A stretch of 64,000 nt of DNA from assembly GCA_000091205.1 (NCBI GenBank), contig AP006491.2. The stretch is one strand, 5' to 3'. The notes under the pieces are model-generated. The model was not told the DNA's origin, made no database searches, and worked only from the letters and a program-made list of their open reading frames with translations. Position numbers and translations under genes: made by a program. Each line of letters opens with the position of its first letter. Positions within the stretch are counted from its first letter, which is position 1. Of the stretch, positions 30,640 to 40,134 are shown piece by piece. Source of the DNA: Cyanidioschyzon merolae. Its lineage: Eukaryota.

Positions 30640-33225
30640 ACGCTGTTCGAAAGTCGCACGTCGCCGACCGTGCACGGTAGTAGCGGGAAACGCGCGTTCG
30701 ACATAGCGTTTCCAGCTGACGTGTAGACGCCTCCCCGTCTTTCTCGACCGGCCACCGACTACTGGTTTCAACTTTTTCTCATATAGTTCCACTTTGAGAG
30801 GTTGCCCCACAAGTCCGCTCTTGTCGTCTCTGGAGGTCTTCTCTCCAGCACCGCACATCTCCTTACATTGATAGCGGCATTAAAGTCAAGATTCACGAAC
30901 TCCATACGTTTCTTGCCATCGTTCGTTGTACTTACTAGTGCAAGTAGCCCTCGCACTTTCGCCCTCCTTTCCATTTGCTCTTCGGTCAGCGGTCCGTACT
31001 TTTTTATATCCTCAGGGCTCCGCTGACACTTTTCCATCTCGACCCTTTGAAGTGTACATCCCAGTTCATGGTGTGTATAGGATGTTCGGAACTCATCTAC
31101 AGTTACTGTGACGAAACGCCATGCACACTCTTTGTACGTTCTTGTCGTTGGAGCTGGTGTAGTTCCTTTTTGGGTCATCAAGCGCCCTGCTCCGTACGCT
31201 ATTACAAGCCTCTGACTTTAATCCTCCTTCAAGGCGCTCAACTCATTGAAACAATTCACGAATGAACGCTGCTTCTGACAATACAAGTTCATACGCAGAC
31301 GAGCCCACCGGGGCTTTGTATACTCTTTCCACAGGGCATCCCAATGCGCCATGCGAACTTCCATGAATTTCCAAAAAGCATCAAGGTCCGCTCCTCGGCT
31401 CGTCACCTCGCTCAAAGCTTCCAGGTGCTCCTTCATTCCTGCATTCCATGTCTCAGTTTTTTTCCTTGCATTCATGATTTCCGATTCTCGATCGTATCTC
31501 GCTCTCGAGAAGCTCAAAATTCGCATGTCTTTCTGACGTAAGTTACCATCAGTATCATCTTCCACACGCCTGGGCAAAGCGATGGTTATGATATTTGTGT
31601 TTCCAGGGTCCGCGTCAACGACAAGGTCGTTATGCTCCACCTCCTGCGTCGCAAGTTCCGCTTCCTTCTTATCTTCATGCTTCGCCGCGGCAGCCATACA
31701 GTCGTTATCCTCCACTTTCTGTGTGGCAGGATCCGCCGTCTTCATATCTTCATGGTTCGCCGAGGACGGAACTGGACGATCTCTCTTCAACCGCCGATAG
31801 TGTATACACAAGGCTACTCCATCGGTTTCGATCAACCCAGTAAGTACCTTTTGTTTGCTGGCTTTGAGACGTTTGAAATCGAAGAGACTCTTCCAGTACG
31901 TCTCCCGGTTTTCACCGGAGAATTCCTCCCTGCTAACACTGAACTCCGGACTGATCCCCTTCATGATGCCGTAAAGGATTCTGGAGTCGACAGTCACAAA
32001 ATGTGACTTGATGTTGCACATTGGAACCAGGTTGAAGCGCTTCCCCATTAGGACAGCCTTCCGTCTCTCCCACTCTTCATTGTTTTCCCCACTCAGCTTC
32101 ATCTCCGCTTTGCGTTCGAGTTCACGGTCCAAAAACACGAAGTACCTCAAGATGAGGAGGCAGTATCTTTCCTTATCTTTTTTCAACTCTGATACCTTTT
32201 CTGATGGATTCACCAGCCCCAAGACTGCACGGTGCTCTTGTATAACCGCACGGATCACAGAAGCTTCATTCGTGCTCTCGTTTGACGCCTTCTTCTCGAC
32301 AAATTCGACCTCATCTTCACGCTTGCGATCTTTCATGATGCCATTGATAATCGCCCATTTTCCATTGCGGGATAGGCCCGGGTAGAGTGCAACCACGGCG
32401 CGTATTAAGAAACGTTCGAGGTTCGTTGTCAAATGGTTCTTCAGGTTCGTGATGCACTTCATCGCCCCATAGTCGTAAATATCGCGGTCACCCCTGCATC
32501 GAGTACCGTTGAAGCTGTAGAAGGGATGTTTTTCGTGGAGGGCACGCACCAGCTAATGTTCCGTCCGCGCTCTCTCTGTGCCAAGCATCAGGTGACGAAT
32601 AAACGTCTTGTCGAGAAACTCGTCCGCAACCTCGACTATTTCCATGTGCGTCACGTCTTCGTACATCTCCCTCGCGCAATGCATCAGTTCTGACGACGCC
32701 TTGACAATACTCTTGGAGTACGAATCGAGACGTTTTTTGATAGCGTCTCGCAACTCTTCCCTGTAGGGATCCTTGATATGTCCAAGAAGGAAGGATTTCA
32801 CCGCCTTCTCGTTGTACAGCCGTCTTTCTTGCCGCCTTCGACGTAGGGCCTCCCCCCTTCGGTTCCTCTTCTCTTTCTTTTCTTCTGGACTCGGCACTGT
32901 TTTTTGTTTTTTTTCTGGCAGCCGGCGACCTTGGGCCCCCAGGATCGTGCACTTTCTTTTCCATAACTTTCCTTTTTAGTATTTTTGAGAAAGAACGCTC
33001 TTTGAACCCTTCTGTTATATGCTGCGAAAAAACACTTGACTAGACTTGTTTGAGAGCTGACACAAAAATGAACTGAAAACTATACGTTGCCAAGATCTCA
33101 ACGGGAATCCGACTTTTACAGCTGAACAACACGCTACTGATCTCAATCGAGTTTCCCTTCAACGGCGACATACGCGTCGTGTCTCATGCCTGCCAGATCC
33201 CCCAGGTGCACTCACCGGGCGCGAC
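30640..33225 (-). mobile_element. TnpB/Fanzor-like element, copy A (decayed), forming the left arm of a large inverted repeat
   Basis: This is the reverse complement of 37493-40100, with about 95% identity across the ORF and about 80% in the 3' flank. The inner boundary at about 33222-33225 matches B's inner boundary at about 37493-37495, and the outer homology fades at about 30640. Confidence 0.7.
30768..32964 (-). pseudogene. TnpB/Fanzor-like RuvC nuclease gene, copy A, disrupted by a frameshift, TAA and TAG stops and a 6-nt deletion
   Basis: Compared with copy B it has an extra A in an A7/A8 run near 32905 (an N-terminal frameshift), the shared in-frame TAG at 32550-32552, GGG to TAA at about 31215 (the ALKED* site), and an in-frame 6-nt deletion (RWASKKGT to RLMTQKGT). 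The RuvC-like motifs are retained: [16 protein letters not shown] and LDFNAAINV. Confidence 0.7.
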
Positions 33226-33227
33226 TC

Positions 33228-36200
33228 TTTTTTTCATAGACAAGACGTTTACTTGTGCCCGCATTCTCCGATTGTGCGCTTTTTCTTTTCTTACTTTTTT
33301 TTTCAGTGTGCGGTGACGTATCCATCAACCCCCTACCTCCATGTTACATTACTTGTACTTCGTTTTGGATATTCTGGTCGTTTCATACGTCCTATCGTGT
33401 GCCGAGCCTGCCGAAAGCGACAGCAACGGCGCCTAAAGCGCCGGTGCGGTCGCTGCACGGAGACAGAACGGCTTTTCCATACCACAGAGGGCGTCGGCTC
33501 GAGGCATGGTTCACCCGACGTAGAATCGGGTCTCGTCGTCAGTTTGAGCTCGGATAGTCTGCGGATGCAAGCTTGTCTTCGCTGCACGATACGCTGGAGA
33601 AACTTGGCTGTTAGGATACATCCTAGGAGCCGCCTCTCTCCTTCCTGGTCATGCATGGAATGCGTTGTTGTCGGTTGGCAATGCGAGTTTGTGCTTGACA
33701 CCCACCACTGTGGGTAGGCGCAGAAAGCGCACTGGGCCCGTGTGCGCATCCGATACGCTGGACCTCATGCCTAGAACGTAGCATGTGAGTTTGTTCGCCA
33801 CTAATGAGCGCTGAGGCTCGGTTAGCGGACCATCAGTTACCAGTGCTACACTCCGAGTGAGTGTCCGGCCTTCGACAATCACGGTGATGTCCAGCTGCTG
33901 CTGTCCCCCAAGGAGCTCGCTGCGCTCCTGCTTCCAGCGCGGGCAATGTAGGCCTAAATGTGTCAGCGTCTCGGGTATCTCGTCTCGACAGCAGGGACAG
34001 TGTGATTCCCAGTGCGATTCCAGTGTTCCTATACGGCTTAGAGCCGGTGCTGCCAGCCGGAAGCCACCAACGCGGATTTTGGCGAGCCACTGGGTACCTC
34101 GAGCAAGTCCCGGGAATTCCAGCCTCCTACCAGTACTTGCATGTGTATGCTAGGTTGTAGTTCCGGTATAGAGTCAAGCCGGCGTTACTGGCGCGACTGG
34201 TTCCGTGTATACGTTCCCATATGGTTGTTTGGACCGTTCGCTTGAGGCGGCGGGAGCCTTGTGCATTTCTGGGGAACGATTCGAGCGCATTTTCGCCTAA
34301 GAGGCGCTTCAGCCAAATATGCGTTGATTTCATCCAAGTGTTCTTGCGGTGCGTTGGGGTTTGCATGAAACTCCGACTGAACCAGGTGCGCATGGTGGGC
34401 CCTTTGGCCCATATGCGTGCCCGGCAGCCTGCTGCTATCGCTTCTGTCGAGGGTATTTGGAGTTCAAGTCCGAGTGCCAGCGCGGTGGTTGCTCTGCTCT
34501 GCACTGAGCATCAAACAACGACAACGAGTCGCATTGCCCTGTTGGCGGCTGTCTGCGGACGCGAGGCATTTGTGTGCTTCATGCCGCACCACCCAGCACC
34601 CCAGGTCGCAGGCTGGATGATACACATCCTTCGTGCGCTGGTACGAATTGCTATGCAGATAGAGGGGTCGGATGGGACTGGGCGTGCGATCGCTGTACGT
34701 CTATGCATCTTGGCGATCATCTCGTCAACGTGTGCGTTTTCGTCGAGCGTCGGCGTTAGACAGACCCCCAGGTAGCGATAGTTTTCCCCGATCGGAATTT
34801 CCTGATTCTGCAACCGCCACGAGCGATTGCGAATGCGCTGCGAGTCTCCATGGATGGCCATGACGCCGCACTTCGATGCTCCTACGTTCATCTCCCAGCG
34901 ATCGGCCCAGGCGCTGGCTTGTTGCATGCTACCCGCAAGCGTTTCCGGGGCGGGTGCCAACAGCACTATATCGTCCGCAACTAGACGGCCTGCGAGGCGG
35001 TTCCTATGTGAGGGCTCCTCATCGGGCATCTCCCCAGTCTATCCACGGCACCTCAAGCCCGTATTGTCTGCAGTTTTTCAGCGGATCGTTGATGAAGATG
35101 TTGAAAAGGAGCGGGGATGCGCGCTCGCCCTTTTGTAGTCCACGGCGTATTCTTATACAAGGGGTTCTTGAGCCGTCGCCCAGTCGGATGCGCATCCACG
35201 AGTCTGCATAGAGCGCACGGAAGAACGCTAAGCACTTTCCGGAGACTCCGGCTCGTTCCATCTTCAAAAATAGAGCCTCGTGCGGGACCGTGTCAAAGGC
35301 CTCTTGGAAGTCGATGAAGCATACGTAAGTTGGTTGTTGGCCGCTAATGGAGCGACGTTGCGCCACTTCAATGAGGGTCAGGGCATGGTTCATGCACTCA
35401 TCGCGGCTCCGGAATCCAGCCTGTTCTGGGGCGAAGAACTTGCGTTCCTCGAGGCCTCTCTGGATCCGGTTCGTGAGGTTGGCGCAAAAGTAGCTTCATG
35501 ATTGACGGGATGAGGCCGATAGGCCGGTAGATGTTCATGTCTTTGTGTGTAAGAGTCCTTTTTGAGGATCGGTACGACCTCGGCAGTCCTCCGTACATCT
35601 GGGATGCACGCTTCTTCAAACATGCGTTGAATGAGCTCCAGAAGGCGTTTGCATAAGATTGTGTCAGGTTCATCTGGTATCGATGGTGTCCCTGTTGTCT
35701 CGTATTTTGGGGTCACCAGTTTCATCCACTCCGCAGGGATACCGTCGATGCCAGGTGTTTTGCGGTTGCTTGAGCATAGTAGGGCCCGAACAGATTCAGG
35801 CCAGAAGATTGGCTCGTTCCATTCCGGTACCGGGTCGAGGCGCGGTAGTTCTGCAGCATATTGGTGCCAATAGATTCGGTCTTGGCAGTTCCCAGTTGCG
35901 TCTTCATGCAGCTCTATCCCGTGGTCCGTCCAGGCCTCATTCACTGAGGCACGCTCCGTCCTCAGCGCTTCCTTATAAACGATTGATGTGAGCCGCAAGC
36001 ACTTTTTTGGTGGGTCCAGTCTCGATCGAATGTAGCGCTAGGTCTCATCTTCGTTGGTGCCCTCGAGCATAAATTCCGTCAGGGAGTCGATTTTGCGGTT
36101 TCGATCCTCTCGTTTGTCTTCTCTGGAACGTTTCTTCTTTCTTTTGATAGCGTCCTCATGTTGCGCCTGTAGCGCCGGTAGCGCTGCCTTCGCTTCCTTG

Positions 36201-37470
36201 TCTCCGGCGTTGGCGCGTATGGCGGTGCGGTTGACGATCTTATAGAGTCGGTGGCATTCATCATTCCGAGTTTTGGTACGTCATTCCAGGTACCGCGGTT
36301 TGCAACTGTTGTGTTCTGGTGCAAGCAGTCCCAGTTCTCTGGCAATCTTCTGATTCCCATCTACATACTCGCGTGCCAATTGGTCAAAAGATTTGTATGC
36401 ACGGCTTTTCGGATCTTCAGCGCTGTGAGCAGGTGCCTGGGTTTGGCGACGTTTTTCTTGGGTTCCCGCTGGGGTGCCCTTTCGGGGGATCACTTGCGAT
36501 GGGCTCGTTTGGGGGGGTCTTCTTTCTATTCTTCTGTTTTTTCTTGTCGGTCTTCCTCGTCTTCTTCGGGCTCTTTCCTGAGCTGCTTTCTCTGGATATT
36601 TTGCATCTAAGTGGATCATGAGGTTTCTGTGCCTCCTTCTCCGTATCTGGTTGGGTCTCTTTACCTAATGCAGAGTCCTCCACTTGTATCAGTTCTTCGT
36701 TACAGTACTGGTAATTCGAAATCTCGTCGTCTAGTATCGAGGCCGTCCCACAAATATTCCATGATACGAAACCTATCGAGTCATAGCGCATACGGGAATA
36801 GGAATAGCGCTACGGTACTCCAGAGATACGTTGTCGATTTAGATACACGCTTCACGAGGTGTGTGAACGTACATGCCACCATTGCCCTCTGCATTCCAGT
36901 CGTTCATTGAGTGTCTGCCGCAGCGCTAGCGCGGAATCAGAAGTACATTAGTAAAGGTCGATTCGAATGCGACCTTTATCTTGCCGGACGCGTGTACCTC
37001 TCCTCAACCACAGGGGATACTCTACGAACCAACCTTTCAGCGGCTTCGTATCCGCTCCCCAAATACATAGGCGGGCAAGTCGCTTACTCCACCTTCGACA
37101 GTGAACATACTGGCAGCCGTCTTCAAAAGTATCCGCCGAGATTGTTTCCAAAGTTGAGGTAGGTACGCAAGGTAGGAGGTACAACTGAGCCCGAGTTCGA
37201 GGATAGATCCAGTATTTGCGCCGAAACCTGCAGCGTTGATTCGGGAGGGGCGAATGACTGCTCAGAACTCTCGTCAATATTTTCTGGTGCTACTGCCTCC
37301 GCCCCTCCGTTCGTTGCGGTCAAGGTCCCTGGCGTGGGCTTCCTTCCCCGTCGCTTAAACACCCCGCGTTAACCCATTTTCAGAGCTTCTCTGGAAAATC
37401 TAGACCTCTTAGGCGAGGGTGGTGTGTGGGGCTTTTAAGATAGTGGTTCTTTGATAAATAGTTTGCGACT
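33228..37470 (-). mobile_element. Non-LTR retrotransposon (LINE) of about 4.2 kb with a decayed single APE+RT ORF and poly(A)
   Basis: Read on the minus strand from 5' to 3'. It begins with an APE-like N-terminus (FVSWNICG at about 36760). RT motif 0 follows (KTPGIDGIPAEWMK), then motif 1 (VVPILKK) and motif 2 (YRPIGLIPSIMKLL). Next come motif A (FIDFQEAFDTVPH), motif B (RGLQKGERASPLLFNIF) and motif C (FADDIVLLA). These lie in at least three different frames, so the ORF is frameshifted. A C-terminal CCHC (HCPCCRDEIPETLTHLGLHCPRWKQER at about 33900) and a ~420-bp 3' UTR end in A7 at 33228-33234. The flanking hexamers GCGACT(C/A) at 33221-33227 and 37464-37470 are a possible short TSD. Confidence 0.7.
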
Positions 37471-37492
37471 AGTTTGCATCACGCTCGGTGAG

Positions 37493-40100
37493 TGCACCTG
37501 GGGGATCTGGCAGACATGAGACACGACGCGTATGTCGCCGTTGAAGGGAAACTCGATTGGGATCAGTAGCGTGTTGTTCAGCTGTAAAAGTCGGATTCCC
37601 GTTGAGATCTTGGCAACGTATAGTTTTCAGTTCATTTTTGTGTCAGCTCTCAAACAAGTCTAGTCAAGTGTTTTTTCGCAGCATATAACAGAAGGGTTCA
37701 AAGAGCGTTCTTTCTCAAAAATACTAAAAAGGAAAGTTATGGAAAAGAAAGTGCACGATCCCGGAGGCCCAGTGTCGCCGGCTGCCAGAAAAAAACAAAA
37801 AACAGTGCCGAGTCCAGAAGAAAAGGAAGAGAAGAGGAACCGAAGGGGGGAGGTCCTACGTCGAAGGCGGCAAGAAAGACGGCTGTACAACGAGAAGGCG
37901 GTGAAATCCTTCCTTCTTGGACATATCAAGGATCCCTACAGGGAAGAGTTGCGAGACGCTATCAAAAAACGTCTCGATTCGTACTCCAAGAGTATTGTCA
38001 AGGCGTCGTCAGAACTGATGCATTGCGTGAGGGAGATGTACGAAGACGTGACGCACATGGAAATAGTCGAGGTTGCGGACGAGGTTTTCGACAAGACGTT
38101 TATTCGTCACCTGATGCTTGGCACAGAGAGAGCGCGGACGGAACATTAGCTGGTGCGTGCCCTCCACGAAAAACATCCCTTCTACAGCTTCAACGGTACT
38201 CGATGCAGGGGTGACCGCGATATTTACGACTATGGGGCGATGAAGTGCATCACGAACCTGAAGAACCATTTGACAACGAACCTCGAACGTTTCTTAATAC
38301 GCGCCGTGGTTGCACTCTACCCGGGCCTATCCCGCAATGGAAAATGGGCGATTATCAATGGCATCATGAAAGATCGCAAGCGTGAAGATGAGGTCGAATT
38401 TGTCGAGAAGAAGGCGTCAAACGAGAGCACGAATGAAGCTTCTGTGATCCGTGCGGTTATACAAGAGCACCGTGCAGTCTTGGGGCTGGTGAATCCAGCA
38501 GAAAAGGTATCAGAGTTGAAGAAAGATAAGGAAAGATACTGCCTCCTCATCTTGAGGTACTTCGTGTTTTTGGACCGTGAACTCGAACGCAAAGCGGAGA
38601 TGAAGCTGAGTGAAGAAAACAATGAAGAGTGGGAGAGACGGAAGGCTTTCCTAATGGGGAGGCGCTTCAACCTGGTTCCAATGTGCAACATCAAGTCACA
38701 TTTTGTGACTGTCGACTCCAGAATCCTTTACGGCATCATGAAGGGGATCAGTCCGGAGTTCAATGTTAGCAGGGAGGAATTCTCCGGTGAAAACCGGGAG
38801 ACGTCTTGGAAGAGTCTCTTCGATTTCAAACGTCTCAAAGCCAGCAAACAAAAGGTACTTACTGGGTTGATCGAAACCGATGGAGTAGCCTTGTGTATAC
38901 ACTATCGGCGGTTGAAGAGAGATCGTCCAGTCCTGCCCTCGGCTGCGCCCGCGACGAAGGATGAAGATAAGAAGGAAGCGGCTCCTGTAACGCAGGAGGT
39001 GGAGGATAGTGACTTTCTCGTTGACGCGGCGAAGGATGAAGATAAGAAGGAAGCGGCTCCTGCGACGCAGGAGGTGGAGCATAACGACCTTGTCGTTGAC
39101 GCGGACCCTGGAAACACAAATATCATAACCATCGCTTTGCCCAGGCGTGTGGAAGATGATACTGATGGTAACTTACGTCAGAAAGACATGCGAATTTTGA
39201 GCTTCTCGAGAGCGAGATACGATCGAGAATCGGAAATCATGAATGCAAGGAAGAAAACTGAGACATGGAATGCAGGAATGAAGGAGCACCTGGAAGCTTT
39301 GAGCGAGGTGACGAGCCGAGGAGCGGACTTTGAAGCTTTTTGGAAATTCATGGAAGTTCGCATGGCGCATTGGGATGCCCTGTGGAAAGAGTATACAAAG
39401 CCCCGGTGGGCTCGTCTGCGTATGAACTTGTATTGTGGGAAGCAGCGGGCGTTCGCGAATTTGTTCAATGAGTTGAGCGCCTTGAAGGAGGATGGGAGTC
39501 AGAGGCTGGTAGTGGCTTATGGAGCAGGGCGCTGGGCGTCGAAGAAAGGCACTACGCCAGCTCCAACTACGAGGGTGCACAAGGAGTGCGCAAGGCGTTT
39601 TGTTACAATACCTGTAGATGAGTTCCGAACATCGAATACAAACCACGAGCTGGGATGCACACCCCAGAGAGTGGAGATGGAAAAGTGCCAGAGGAGCCCT
39701 GAGGAATTTGCAAATTACGGACCGCTGACGGAGGAGCAAATGGAAAGGAGAGCGAAAGTGCGAGGGCTACTTGCACTATTAAGTACAACGAACGATGGCA
39801 AGAAACGTATGGAGTTCGTGAATCTTGACTTTAATGCCGCTATCAATGTAAGGAGATGTGCGGTGCTGGAAAGTAGACCTCCAGAGTGGACACGAGAGAA
39901 CTTTTTTGGATAACCTCCCAAAGTCGAACTATATGAGAAAAAGTTGGAAGCAGAAGTAGGTGGCCGGTCGAAAAAGGCGCGGAGGCGCCTGCGCGTCGAC
40001 TGGAAACGTTTCGTGTAAGGCGCGGTTTTCCCGCCACTACTGTAAACTGCCGACGTCGTTCGACTTAGAGCGGCGTTGGCGGCTGTCCGTTCAGGGTGGC
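37493..40100 (+). mobile_element. TnpB/Fanzor-like element, copy B (the more intact one), forming the right arm of the inverted repeat
   Basis: A 246-bp 5' region, an ORF at 37739-39913, and about 190 bp of 3' flank that is still homologous to copy A. Homology ends about 35 bp upstream of the SMC1 ATG at 40135. Confidence 0.7.
37739..39913 (+). CDS. TnpB/Fanzor-like (IS605 OrfB-like) RuvC-fold nuclease candidate, 725 codons, interrupted by one in-frame TAG at 38147-38149
   Basis: A RuvC-I-like motif ([17 protein letters not shown]....DG), a segment resembling the TnpB strand that precedes the zinc ribbon ([20 protein letters not shown]), a degenerate zinc-ribbon region (H..GC...C), and a RuvC-III-like DxNAAxNI motif ([12 protein letters not shown]). 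A basic NLS-like N-terminus ([31 protein letters not shown]). An internal 75-bp tandem duplication ([15 protein letters not shown]...) sits just before RuvC-I. The ATG is at 37739. The assignment is by motif pattern only. Confidence 0.5.
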
Positions 40101-40134
40101 CTCCTGTGCGAGCTTGGCGTCGATACTTGCACAT

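Noticed and set aside
30640-40100. Palindrome as a long-read assembly chimera (inverted duplication artefact)
   Set aside because: The arms differ by about 5% with independent indels, stop codons and a 6-nt deletion, and they enclose a unique LINE. An artefactual fold-back would give identical arms.
40096-40134. ORF-track start of SMC1 at 40096
   Set aside because: It is a non-ATG start inside the element's flank. The conserved SMC N-terminus MGRIQRLEVENFKSY begins at the ATG at 40135.
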